Below are positions 18,395 to 30,983 of a stretch of 64,000 nucleotides of DNA, in pieces. Origin of the DNA: the human T2T-CHM13v2.0 reference genome, Homo sapiens. Made by a program: the position numbers and the translations under genes. The notes beneath the pieces are model-generated. The model did not search any database. It saw nothing but the letters and a program-made list of their open reading frames with translations, and was not told where the DNA came from. How positions within the stretch are numbered: the first letter of the stretch is position 1; each line of letters begins with the position of its first letter. The DNA is taken from NCBI RefSeq assembly GCF_009914755.1, contig NC_060929.1; one strand, given 5' to 3'.

Positions 18395-19416
18395 TCACTA
18401 TTTGTCATGTTTTTGCAGTGGCTGGTACCACTTGTTCCTTCCATGTCTAGTGCTTCCTTCAGGAGCTCTTGTCAGGCAGGCCTGATGGTCACAAATCTCT
18501 CAGCATTTGCTTGTCTGTAAAGGATTTTATTTCTCCTTCACTTATGAAGCTTAGTTTGGCTGGATACAAAATTCTCAGTTGAAAATTATTTTCTTTAAGA
18601 ATGTTGAATATTGGCCCGTACTCTCTTCTGGCTTGTAGGGCTTCTGCCGAGAGATCTTCTGTGAGTCTGATGGGCTTCCCTTTGTGGGTAACCTGATCTT
18701 TCTCTCTGGCTGCCCTTAACATTTTTTCCTTCATTTCAACCTTGGTGAATCTGACAATTATATGTCTTTGGGTTGCTCTTCTCGAGGAGTATCTTTGTGG
18801 TGTTCTCTGTATTTCCTGAATTTAAATGTTGGCCTGCCTTGCTAGATTGGGGAAGTTCTCCTGGATAGTATCCTGAAGAGTGTTTTCCAACTTGGTTCCA
18901 TTCTCCCCATCACTTTCAGGTACACCAATCAAATGTAGATTTGGTCTTTTCACATAATCCCATATTTCTTTGAGGCTTTGTTCATTTCTTTTTACTCTTC
19001 TTTCTCTAAACTTGTCTTCTCACTTTATTTCATTGTTTCATCTTCAATCACTGATACCCTTTCTTCCAGTTGATCTTATCGGCTAGTGAAGCTTGTGCAT
19101 GAGTCACGAAATTCTAGTGCCATGGTTTTCACGTCCATTAGGTCATTTAAGGTCTTCTCTACACTGTTTATTCTAGTTAGCAATTCATCTAACCATTTTT
19201 CAAGGTGTTTAGCTTCCTTGTGATGGATTCGAACATGCTCCTTTAGCTTGGAGAAGTTTGTTATTACCAACATTCTGAAGCCTACTTCTGTCAACTTGTC
19301 AAAGTCATTCTCCGTCCAGCTTTGTTCCATTGTAGTGAGGAGCTGCAATCCTTTGGAGAGGAAGAGGGGCTCTGGTTTTTAGAATTTTCAGCTTTTCTGC
19401 TCTGGTTTCTCCCCAT
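18395..19416 (-). pseudogene. L1 ORF1p, disrupted
   Basis: ATG at 19416 (reverse of ctccccat). Fragments 19076-19348 (EQSWTENDFDKL) and 18489-18734 (KEKMLRAAREK...GKPIRLT). Confidence 0.9.
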
Positions 19417-20444
19417 CTTTGTGGTTTTATCTACCTTTGGTCTTTGATGTTGGTGACCTACAGATGGGGATTTGGTGTAGATGTCCTTCTTGTTGATGTT
19501 GATGCTATTCCTTTCTGTTTGTTAGTTTTCCTTCTAACAGTCAGATCCCTTAGCTACAGGTCTGTTGGAGTTTGCTGGAAGTTCACTCCAGACCCTGTTT
19601 GCCTAGGTATCACCAGCGGAGGCTGCAGAATAGCAAATATTGCAGGATGACAAATATTGCTGCCTGATCCTCCCTCTGGAAGCTTTGTCCCAGAGGGTCA
19701 CCCACCTGTATGAGGTGTCTGTCAGCCCCTACTGAGAGGTGTCTCCCAGTTAGGCTATATGGGGGTCAGGGACCCACTTAAGGAGGCAGTCTGTCCATTC
19801 TTAGAGCTCAAATGCCATCCTGGGAGAATCACTGCTCTCTTCAGAGCTGTCAGGCAGGGACGTTTAAGTCTACAGAAGTTTCTGCTGCCTTTCGTTCAGC
19901 TATGCCCTGCCCACAGAGGTGGGGTCTATAGAGACAGTAGGACTTGCTGAGCTGCAGTGGGCTCTGCCCAGTTTGAGCTTCCCAGCCACTTTGTTTACCT
20001 ACTCAAGCCTCAGCAATGGCAGACGTCCCTCCCCCAGGCACGCTGCAGCCTACCAGGTGGATCCCAGACTGTTGCACTAGCAGTGATCAAGGCTCTGTGG
20101 GACTGGCCCCACTGAGCCAGGCACAGGAGGAAATCTCCTGATCTGCCAGTTGTTAAGACTTTGGGAAAGTCGTAGTATTTGGGTGGAAGTGTCCCATTTT
20201 TCCAGGTACAGTTTGTCATGGCTTCCATTTGCTAGGAAGGGACCCCTCACCCTTCCCAGGTGAGGCAACACCCTGCCCTGCTTTGCCTCGCCCTCCATGG
20301 GCTGCACCCACTGTCCAACTAGTCCCAGTGAGATGAACCAGGTACCCAGGTTGGAAATGCAGAAATCACCTGTCTTCTGTGTCAATCACACTGGAAGCTG
20401 CAGACCAGATCTGTTCTTATTTGGCCATCTTGGAATGGGAATCC
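19417..20444 (-). promoter_or_regulatory. L1 5'UTR internal promoter with intact YY1 core; CpG-decayed
   Basis: ggccatcttg at 20423-20432 is CAAGATGGCC on the element strand. Activity is not shown by the sequence. Confidence 0.6.
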
Positions 20445-20922
20445 TCATTTACATTACTTTACCTTGAGCCCATATGTATCATTACATGTGGGATGGGTCT
20501 CTTGAAGACAGAAGAAGGTTGGATTTTTTTAAATCCAATTTGCAACTCTGTGTCTTTTAAGTAGAGTGATTAGAACATTTACATTCAAGGTTAATATTGT
20601 TATGTGAGGTTTTATTTTTCCTTCACTTACTATGTTCAGTTTGGTGGGATATAAAAATCTTGGTTGGAATATTTTATCTTTAAGAATGCTAAAAATAGGC
20701 CTCCAATCCCTTCTGGCTTGTAAGGTTTGTGCTGAAGAGTCCACTGTTATTCTGATAGGGTTTCCTTCATAGAGAGTATGGCCCTTTTCTTTAGCTGCCT
20801 TTGAAATTTTTCTATTGCATTGACCTTGAAAAGTCTGATGACTCTGTACTTTAGGGATGATTGACTTCTATAGCATCTCACATGAGCTTTTTAAATTTCT
20901 TGTACCTGCATATCAACTTCTC

Positions 20923-21060
20923 ATGACTACTGTGTACATTAAGCGTGCACAAAATAGAAAACCTACAGATAATAGATAAATTTGTAGAAACACACACCCT
21001 TCCAAGATTAAACTCGGAAGTAACAGAAACCCTGAACAGACCAATAATGATTTATAAAAT
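20923..21060 (+). other. Plus-strand L1 ORF2 segment (~140 bp) inserted in the minus-strand L1 ORF1 region
   Basis: gtgcacaaaatagaaaacctac...ggaagtaacagaaaccctgaacagaccaataatga is similar to the reverse complement of ~13148-13275. Confidence 0.8.
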
Positions 21061-22766
21061 TGGGGAAAATATTTAGAAATATTAGTGGGTTATATAATCA
21101 AACATGTTTTTGAAGTTGCTTAAATTCTCTTATTTCTCAGAAATGTAAATGAGTATTAAGTTTGGTTGCTTTACATAATCACATATTTCTCAGAGACTTT
21201 TCTCACTTAAAAAAATTCTTTTTGTTTTCATTTTTGTCTGACTGAGTTCATTCAAAGGACTGCTAATTGAGATCTGAAATTCTTTCCGCTGCTTGGTCTA
21301 ATCTCTTGGTTTAATCCAAATTCTATCTAAAATTTCTGTAGTAAATCTTTCAACTACAGAAGTTCTGTTTGGTTCTTTCTTAATATAGCCATGTCATCCT
21401 TCAACTCTCGGATCATTTTTAGATGTTGCTTAAGAGCCAGGGCTGGTAGATCAGATCATACTCAGCCAAGCTCACCCTTGCTGTATTTCCATGCATCCAT
21501 AACAGTGCTTTGGGGAAGGGAGGTGAGTGGAGGGAGATATGACTTACTTTTCAGTTTATTCCTGGGCCTGGGTGGTGTTCCCTTCAACTACTGGTCCTGC
21601 ATCCACATATTCTTTGCCACAAGGAGGGCTTTGGTGAGCTGTGTTCCCTCTTCCCTAAGGGCAATTTGTGCCAAAGGTCAGATTACCAGGAGATCCACAA
21701 CCTCTGCGCTTGCCAAAGTTAGAGCATGTCTGTGGGTGTTCTGGTGATGCAGTGAGTCAATGATAGAGGACCACTGGGCAGGACAGTGGTATGCAACTGG
21801 TATGGCACCCGCAGTGCATTGTTTTTATCACAGTATATGACTGTAGGGCTTGCCCAGCTCACACTCCTTTCACTTGATGAGTCTTCCTTTGGCATCTTCC
21901 CCAGGAGCATGCCCAACCAGCTAGGCTGTCTTCAAGACATCTGTGCTGAGATCTCTGACCTGTTTGAGACATCCCTGTAGCCACATCATTTCTGACCCAG
22001 TCTTGCAAAGAGAGGGGTGCCTAGCTCCCATACAGTCACATAAACCCACATTACATTCATCCATGTTCTAACACTGAGACCTCCTTCCACACTCAAGCTT
22101 AGGTCACAGACCCAGTATCCCTGGGCAGTGTTTGAGTCCTGGAATGTCAGAACTGAGACCATGGATTTGTCCTCTGATCTCTGGGGGTCAAGCAATGCCT
22201 CTGATTTGGGGGTGAACTTCTTTCTGGATATGAGTAAAACACCCAGGCAGGGCAATGGAAGTTGTGCTGTGGGAACAGCCAGAGAGACAGTCTTGGGAAA
22301 GATTGGCAGACAAGGGCACACATGGATGAGATGCACCTTGGTCCTGTCACAATGGCAGCCTTGCTGTCTCCTGACCCAGCAGACAGTAGGAGTTGCCACC
22401 ATTTACAGCAAGATGGAGTGCCTTGGGGGATTGGTGCTTATGGTTGCATTTTGCTGCTGCTGCACAGTACAATGAAGCCTTCTGAGCTCCATGTAGTTAA
22501 AGTTGTGCCTCTACTTGTTTCCTGGGTAGATCCCCCTGCCATACCAAAGTTTGTGAGAAATCCTGCAGTTAGGATGTCAGAGGTCCACTATGGGACTGTG
22601 TTGCGCCAGGGTTCCTTCACTCACCTCTTCCTTTTGTTGGAGGTGGGAGGCAATCCTCTTGCTAGTGACTCTGAACAAGCTGCCCAGCTTTCTCCCTCTT
22701 TAACAGTGGTGTCTGTGTTGGCTGTCTATCAATTTTTTGATGTTTTCCCTCAAGAGATCTGTTTGA

Positions 22767-23930
22767 GTCACACAATTAATAATATCAGAATTGAAAAAGT
22801 GAACATCAACTGTAATTTTTCCCCAAGTATATATAGAAGAAAAAATCTACCCCAATTAGAAAGAGTTTAGCAATATCAAGGTTGACATACAAAAATTAAG
22901 GTATTTCAAAATACATAATATATTATTATTAACTATAGTCACCATGCGGTGTAATAGCTCACATAAATCTATTTCTTATCTAACTGAAAGTTTGTACTCT
23001 GTGAATAACATTTCCTCTTCCTCTGTCTATATACCCCATTCCTGGTAACCACAATTCTACAAGTCCAACATTTTTAGATTCCACATATATAAGTGAGATC
23101 GTGCTTCAAAATTGTTCAGAGTAGACTTTAAATATTGTCACCACAAAGGAAAAAATATGTGTGGTGATGGATATCCTAATTAGATCAACTGAATTATTCT
23201 ACAATATGTACATGTATCATAATATTATATTTACACCATAAATATATGTAATTATTGCTTGTCAATTAAAAATTGAGAGTATTTCTATATGATACCAAAG
23301 GACAAATGTGAATTAGAATACCATTTTGAAAAAATTGAAAACATGACATAGCTATAGATAAATTACACAAAATCTACTCAAGTTCTGCATGCTGAAACCT
23401 AAAAATATTGTTAAGATATAGTGAAGAAAATTTAAATAAATGGAGAGACATGTTAATAAATTGGAAGGCTCAACCACTTTAAAATAGCAATCTTCTTTAA
23501 ATTTAACATAATTGCTATGCAATCCTAATCAAAATTTCTTCTGAATTTTGTCAAAATTAACAAATTCATTCTGTAATTTAAATTAAAATTCAAAGAATTT
23601 AAAATAATCAAAATAATTTTGAAAAAAAGTTGGAGCATAAATGTCAAGTAACGAAGTTTTTGTATAAAGCTATAGAAGCAAAAGCAGTAAGTTTTCCACA
23701 TATGAATAGATATATTGATAATGTGGAAAGACTAGAGAGTCCAGAAATTATCTATTATGGTCAATTTTTAATTTCATGTTATGATACCAGGAAATTCAAG
23801 GAGAATGAATAATTTGTTTTAAAAAATTATGATGGTCCCTTTGGGTATCTATATGTAAAATATGAAACTTGACCTTTACCTTACATTGTATCAGAATTTT
23901 TAAACAGTAATTAATCACACACATAATTTT
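22767..23930 (+). mobile_element. Ancient L1M host, part 2 (ORF2 remnant)
   Basis: aataatatcagaattgaaaaagtgaacatc continues the text broken at 10456. Later aaataaatggagagacatg...ttggaaggctcaac is ORF2-like. Confidence 0.65.
22908..23270 (+). mobile_element. Short L1MA 3' end with 5' inversion (twin-primed)
   Basis: 22908-23104 is reverse L1MA 3'UTR and 23105-23270 is the forward terminal part. Degenerate TSD aaaaattaaggtatttc / aaaaattgagagtatttc. Confidence 0.8.
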
Positions 23931-23959
23931 CTAAGACATAAATCTATCTGTGATTTATT

Positions 23960-25450
23960 CAACATGAAATTTTTTTGTGTGTGTGAAATGCCTTTTCAGT
24001 CCCCCATACATTTTTTTACATTGGATTATCTGCCTTTATCTTTTTGTTTATAATTATTTTCAGATACTTGAAATTGGTGCTATGTTGTTTATATCTATTG
24101 TAAATGCATGTTATTCTCTGTATGCCATTTTATTCCTTAAATGTTTGATGAACAGATCAAACAGAACAATCATTTGGTGAACAAAACATGATCCATTTTA
24201 TCAGATTTTCCTTTTGGATTAAGGGATTCTTCCATCAAGTTTAAAAAATGTTTCCTTATTTCAAATTAATATATATGTATTCTAATGTATTACTTAGCTC
24301 CTTAATGTAAGCTTTATATAAGTGTATATTTATTTTATTTCACATTGAGATATACAGTCCACCAAGATTAGTTTTTTGTGTATACAATGTGAAATATAAC
24401 TACTTGATCAACACACACTTAAGTTTTCTTGTATTGAATATTGCAGCATTTTTTGCTGTAAACACTTTTTTTATTGTTAAAATGCTAATTCTTTGTGATT
24501 TCCTGACCAGTTGGTTATTAAAGTATTTATTTGTCGATTTCTAAGCTTTGGGAATTTTCCAATTAAGTCGTCTAATTTATTTTTAATGTATTTGTCTATG
24601 TCTCACCACATGGCAATTCAAAAAACACTATTATATTGTTATTTAAAACACTCCTTTCTGCAATTATTGAAAATAATGTACTAAATATAAATGTTAGCTC
24701 ATTTTTGTTAATTGGATTTTTCAATCCTTGATGTAATTTCTGCCATACACAGGTAGACTCATTGCCAACTACTGATTCCAGGCCTTTTCTATTTTGAAAG
24801 CTATACTCAGATATAGTACTTATTTGTTTTGAATACTTTCTGATGAACATTGCTATTAGTATTATTTGTCTTTCCCTTGTGAGTATAATATTCTTTATAT
24901 GTTGACATTTGTGTACATTTTTCTCTTCACTTTTGGATTTTAGTAATTTTGATGGAAAATGTGCAGGTATATTTTAAATTAATGATTCAAGGGATACATG
25001 TAAATATTTCACTCTAATGCTAAAGTATTAATTATTCTCAGAAATATTTTATTGCTTTATGTCTTCTTTTCTCTTTTTTATTCTTATATGTTTTTGATAT
25101 TTTTATTTACACCTTACATGACCATGTGTCTGATTTTTTTGAATATGATTTCCAGTTCTTTCTTACTTTGTTTTCAATTCTAAAATATTTTTATTCAGTT
25201 TATATTTTGGAAAATATATTTATTTCTTACAAATGATTGTTTCTATTGCAGTTAATTTTAATTCAAAAATTGGAAACATTCTTTACATAGTTCTGAGTTT
25301 TGAAGCTTTTTGTTTGTTTGCATATTTTAATTGTATTTTCTTGGTTAATTATCTATTTTTATTGTTTTTATTAGTCTCTTTCTTTAGTTCAATGTGTCCT
25401 TCCTTTCAGGTTATGAAGTCATATTACGAGAGGATTCCCTTTTCTTACTC
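23960..25450 (-). mobile_element. Very degraded L1M (L1ME-like) fragments
   Basis: T-rich antisense-L1 text such as gtgaaatgccttttcagtccc...ttggattatctgcctttatc. Boundaries uncertain. Confidence 0.45.
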
Positions 25451-25641
25451 AAAATAGTATTTTTTCTTAATACCTTTAGAACTTTTTATCTTGGAATGAC
25501 AGTCAAGCAGCAGGAAGAAGAGAAATAACAGCTTCTATATTTGTAGGCTGGAAAGAATGAACAGCAAAGTCTTATCACTCTCATGCATCGTTGTGTGGCA
25601 TCCTCTTTCTTCTCACACTCATTCAGAAGCAAAAGACAGTC

Positions 25642-28002
25642 TATATTAATCCATTCTCACACTGCTATAAAGATACTACCTGAGACTGGGTAATTTATAA
25701 AGAAAGGAGGTTTAATTGACTCACAGTTTCACATGGCTGGGGAGGCCTCAGAAAACTTAGAATCATGGTGGAAAGTGAAAGGGAAACAAGGCATGACTTA
25801 CATGGTAGGAAGAAAGAGCAAAAGTGAGAAGGAAGAAGCATCGGATACTTACCAAACGACCAGATCTTGTGAGAACTCACTCACTATCACAAGAACAGCA
25901 AGGGGGAAATCCCCCCACGTGATCCAATCATGTCCCAACAGGTCTATCCCTTGACACATGGGGATTACAATTCGAGATGAGATTTGGGTAAGGGCACAGC
26001 CAAACCATATCATTCCACCCTTGCCTGCCAAAATCTCATATTCTTTTTACATTTCAAAACACACCATGCCTTTCCAACAGTCCCCCCCAAATCTTAACTC
26101 ATTCTACTATTAACTCAAAAGTTAAAGTCCGAAGTCTCATCTGAGACAAGGCAAGTCCCTTCCACCTATGAGCCTGTAAAATCAAAAGCAATTAGTTACT
26201 TCTAAGATACAATGGGGGTACAGGCATTGGGTAAACGTTCCTATTTGAAATGGGAGAAATTGGCCAAAACAAACGGGCTACAGGCCCTGTGAAAGTCCGA
26301 CACCTGGTAGGGTAGTTATTAAATCTTAAAACATCAAAATTATCTCCTTTGAGTCCATGTCCCACATCCAGGGCACACTGATGCAAGGGTTGGTCTCCCA
26401 AGGCCCTGGGCAGGTCTGCCTGTGGTTCTGCAGGGTACAACCCTGTGGCTGTTTCACAGGCTGACATTGAGTGCCTGCAGCTTTTCGAGGCACACAGGGC
26501 AAACTGTCGCTGGATCTACCTTTCTGTGGTCTGGAGGACAGCGGTCCCCTTCTCACAGCTCCACTAGGCAGTGCCCCAGTGGGGACTCTGTGGGGGCTGC
26601 AACTGCACATTTCCCTTCTGCACTGCCCTAGCAAAGGTTCTCCACGAGGTCTCCGCCCCTGGAGCGAACGTCTCCCTGGACATCCAGGCATTTCATACAT
26701 CCTCTAAAATCTAGGTGGAGGCTCCAAAATCTCAACTTTTGTCTTCTGCACACCAGCAGGTCCAACACCACATGGAAGCCACCAAGACTTGGGCTTGCAC
26801 CCTCTGAAACGACGGCTCAAGCTATACCTTAGCTCCTTTTAGCCATGACTGGAGCTGGAGTGTCTGGGAGGCAGCGAACCAAGTCCTGAAGCTGCACAGA
26901 GCAATAGGGCCCTGGGCCCAGCCCACAAAGCCATTTTTTCCCTCCTAGGGCTGCTGGCATCTGATGAGAGGGGCTACCATGAAGGTCTGTGACATGCCCT
27001 GGAGACATTTTCTCCATTAACATTAACTATTAACATTCAGCTCCTTGTTACTTAGGCAAATTTCATCAGCTAGCTTGAATTCCTCCCCAGAAAATCGGTT
27101 TTTCATTTCTACCATATGGTCAGGCTGCAAATTTTCTAAACCTTTATGATCTACTTATTTGTTAAACATAAGTTCCAATTTCAGACCATCTCTTTGAGAA
27201 TGCATATAACTGAATGTTTTCAGAATAAGCCAGGTCACATATTATATGCTTTGCTGCTTAGAAATTTCTTCAGCCAGATACCCTAAACCATCTCTCTGAA
27301 GTTTAAAGTTCCGGTTCTCTAGGACAGAAGCAAAATGCCACCAGTCTCTTTGTTCAAGCATAGTATGAGTGACATTTACTACATTTCCCAATAAGTTTCT
27401 CATCTCTATCTGAGACCACCTCAACCTGGACTTCATTGTTCATATCACTATCAGTATTTTGATCAAAACCATTCAACAAGTCTTTAGGAAGTTCCAAACT
27501 TTCCCACATTTTTCTGTCTCCTTCTGAGCCCTCCAAATTGTTCCAACTTCTGCCTGTTACCCAGTTCCAAAGCAGCTTCCACATTTTCAGGTTATCTTTA
27601 TAGCAGTGCCCCACTCCCAGTACCAATTCTTTTGTATTAATCAAATCTCACATTGCTGTAAATATACTACCTGAGACTGGGTAATTTATAAAGAACTGAG
27701 GTTTAATTGACTCACAGTTTCCTGTGGCTTGGGAGGCCTCAGAAAACTTACAGTCATGGCATAAGGCAAAGGGGAAACAAGGCACATCTTACTTACATGG
27801 CAGCAGGGGAGAGAGAGCAGGGGGAAGCACCAGATGCCTATCAAACAACAAGATCTCAAAAGAACTCACTCACTATCACAAAATCAGCAAAGAGAAAATC
27901 TGATCCAATGATCCAGTCACCTCCACTAGGTCCCTCTCTCAACATGGAGGGATTGTAATTTGAGATGAGATTTGGGTGGTGAAACAGAGCCAAACCATAA
28001 CA
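25642..28002 (-). mobile_element. Complete THE1D-like MaLR provirus (LTR-int-LTR)
   Basis: LTRs at 25642-26012 and 27633-28002 (t[a/g]tattaatc...caaaccata[t/a]ca), with a ~1.6-kb internal region. 5-bp TSD cagtc at 25637-25641 and 28003-28007. Confidence 0.93.
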
Positions 28003-28394
28003 CAGTCCATCTCAATATTAAAAGATTGTGAATAATTTAGATTGTGAAATGTACGTTTTTTTTCTATGAGATTAGGAAGACTGAGAAATGTTTCCTTCTC
28101 CTACTCCTCAGCATTGCAGATATCCTTTAATAGAAATACAGTTTATCAAACTATCATTGTGTACTTTTTACCTGTCATGTCACCAAACTTTAGTCATTTG
28201 TGTATTTTCTAACTTTGAATTCCTGGAACATCTTGATATCTGATGCTTCAGAAACCCCCACGTAAGATTCCGCCACTATCCTCTTACTTTCTGTCCTACA
28301 TTCATAAAGGAGATAGCAAGAGAAGGTTTTGAATGCACTTTAAGCCTGCTTTTTTACAATATGTTTAAAAATTTAAATTTACTTTAAATTCACA

Positions 28395-29311
28395 TTTGTT
28401 TTCTAACACTGCCATAGCAAATTTTCACAAATGTAGCAGTTTAAAAAACCTGAAAATGTATTATCTTACAGCTTTATAGATCACAAATCTGATGTGATTT
28501 TCTTTGGCTAAAATCAGAGTTTGCAGGGCTGTATTTCTTTATAAGGAGTTTTTGAAAAAAAATCTGCTTCCTCGTATTATAAATGTTCCAGAGCCTTTCC
28601 TCACCTTTATTTTTAAAGCCAGCAATATTACATCACTCTCTACCCATTTCCCCAGTAGAACTGATATTTACAGTTTTTTAAAAATTAAACACAGAAATTG
28701 ACCCTTCTAGTTTTAAAGCTTAAAACCTGTGTTTTTCTTATCGGAGTCATTTTCTTGAAAAACTGACCCTTGGGCATTCCAGATAGTATCAAGGAACTGA
28801 AACTAACCAGATCACCAAATCCAGACAACTTCTCTTCCTTATCTCTCTCTAATTTCTTTCTATCCACATGTAACTACATTTCTTCCCCACTATATGAACC
28901 TCCAAATTCAGTTAATTAGGGACACAGATTTGAGACTTAATCCCTATCTCCCTGTTGTGTCACCCAAATAAAGATCTTCTCCCCCAGCAATATGCATTGT
29001 CTCAGTGATTGGCCTTCTGTGCAGTTAGCAACAGGACCTAGACCTAACCCCTGGTGTTTTTGTTATGCTTTTTCCATCATCAAATCTTCCTTTGAGTCTC
29101 TGCTTCTGGTCCCCTATTTCACTTTTAAGGATCCTTATAATTATATTGTGCCCACTGAAAAATCCAGGATAATCTATTTCAAAATCAATGAATTATCAAA
29201 CTTAAGCTCATCTATAATCTTAATCACCTTTGCCATACAAGTGAAGGTATTCACAAAATAAAGGATATTGCATGTAGATCTTACAAGGAGGTCATTATTA
29301 TTCCTACCAAC
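28395..29311 (-). mobile_element. MLT1 (MLT1D-like) LTR, interrupted by an ERV1 LTR
   Basis: ctgccatagcaaattttcacaaatgtagcagtttaaaa...ggctaaaatcagagtttgcagggctg at the left; cacttttaaggatccttataattatattgtgcccac...ttattcctacca at the right. Confidence 0.7.
28650..29065 (+). mobile_element. ERV1 solo LTR (MER34/MER39-group-like)
   Basis: gatagtatcaaggaactgaaactaaccagatcacc...cagatttgagact...aataaa...gtctcagtgattggccttctgtgc...caggacctagacctaacccctggtg. Confidence 0.65.
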
Positions 29312-30676
29312 TTTAATTTTGAAGTATAACTAATTTATGTAAATCCACAAACACAAAAGAATATGCTTAAATATGAATTATATAATCTTAACATTATGTT
29401 AGTAATATTGTTTTCTACTGGTAGATAATTTCAGTTAATCTCTATTTGGTTTAGATTTCTATTTTTTCACATTGACAGACTTGGTCAATTATTTTATCAT
29501 GGTATAATGTAAAGGTTTTTGTGAGTTGTATCTTATATAATACTAAATCTACTTCTTTTTCTGCTTTTATTATTTTTAATTGACACAAACATTTTATGTA
29601 TTTGTTAGGCACAATGTAAAATATTGATAAACATATAAAATTTATGATGGTCAAATCAAAACAATTAGCATCCCCTTCATCTAAAACATTTATTATTTAT
29701 TTATGCTGGCAACATTCAAAATCTGCTCTTCTAGGAATATGAAAATATATAATTAATTACTAATTAAAGTCAATCTACAGTGCCTTAGAACACTTAAACA
29801 TATTCCTCCTATTTAATTATAATTTTGTATTCCTTCACCAAACTCTGAGTAACTCTGCCCTTCCCACTATCTAGTAATCATGATTCTACTCTCTACTTCT
29901 ATGAGATCAACTTATTTAGCTTCCGCATATGGAAGAGATTAGCAGTTTGTCTTTCTGTGCATGGTTTATTTTATTTAATGTAATATTCTCCAAATTCATC
30001 AATGATGTCACAATGACAGAATTTCATTTTTAATATGGCTGAATAGTATTCCAGTGTGCATATATACCACATTTTCTTTATTCATTTGTCTATTGATGTA
30101 TACCTAGTTTGATTCTATATTTTGGTTATTGTGAATAGTGCTTCAATAAACATGAAAATGTAGATATCTCTTTGGCATATTGATTTTATTTCCTTTGGAT
30201 ATATAACCAAAGGAAGGATTGCTGGGTCATATGAGAGCTCTATTTTTAGTGTCTTAAAGAACTTTCATACTATTCTCCATAATGGCTGTACTAATTTAGA
30301 TTCCCACCAACAGCAAATAAGAGTTTCCCTTTCTCTGCATCCTTTCCAACATTTGTTATTTTTTGACTCCTTGATAATAGCCACTCTAATTGTTGTGAAA
30401 TAAAATCTCATTGTGTTTTGGATTTGCATTTCCCTATTGATTAATGATGTTGAGCACTTTTCCATATATGTGTTGGATATTTGTATGTCTTTTTAGAAAT
30501 ATTTATTGAACTCATTTTCTCTTTAAAAAAAGCAGGTTATTTGTTCTTTGTAGTTGAGTTGTTTGACATTGTATATTCTGAATATTAATCCTTTTTGGAT
30601 GAATAGTTTGCAAATATTTTCTCCCTATCTGCTAGTTGGCTATTGGCTATTGACTTTGCTGTGAAAAAGCTTTTTA

Positions 30677-30983
<307 letters not shown>

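Larger units (their letters stand above)
14312..20444 (-). mobile_element. Full-length (~6.1 kb) L1PA6/7-like element nested in the older L1
   Basis: Poly(T) and 3'UTR at 14312, ORF2, ORF1, then a complete 5'UTR ending ggccatcttggaatggga. TSD tcatttacatt(t/a)cttt at 14296-14311 and 20445-20460. Confidence 0.96.
10457..22766 (-). mobile_element. Near full-length older primate L1 (L1PA15/16-like) with internal deletions; carries a NUMT, a nested L1PA and an inverted segment
   Basis: Reverse 3' end at 10457 (ttttagatttagggtacatgtg...ccatcaaccaaatggtgaacc), ORF2/ORF1 homology, GC-richer 5'UTR ~21430-22766. TSD gtcacacaatt at 10446-10456 and 22767-22777. Confidence 0.88.

Noticed and set aside
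22262-22870. 202-aa ORF as a novel protein
   Set aside because: It runs antisense through an old L1 5'UTR and across an insertion junction, with no recognisable domain.
26013-27632. Several 60-124 aa ORFs in the THE1 internal region
   Set aside because: They overlap on both strands in GC-richer MaLR internal DNA; at most they are broken pieces of the decayed MaLR ORF.
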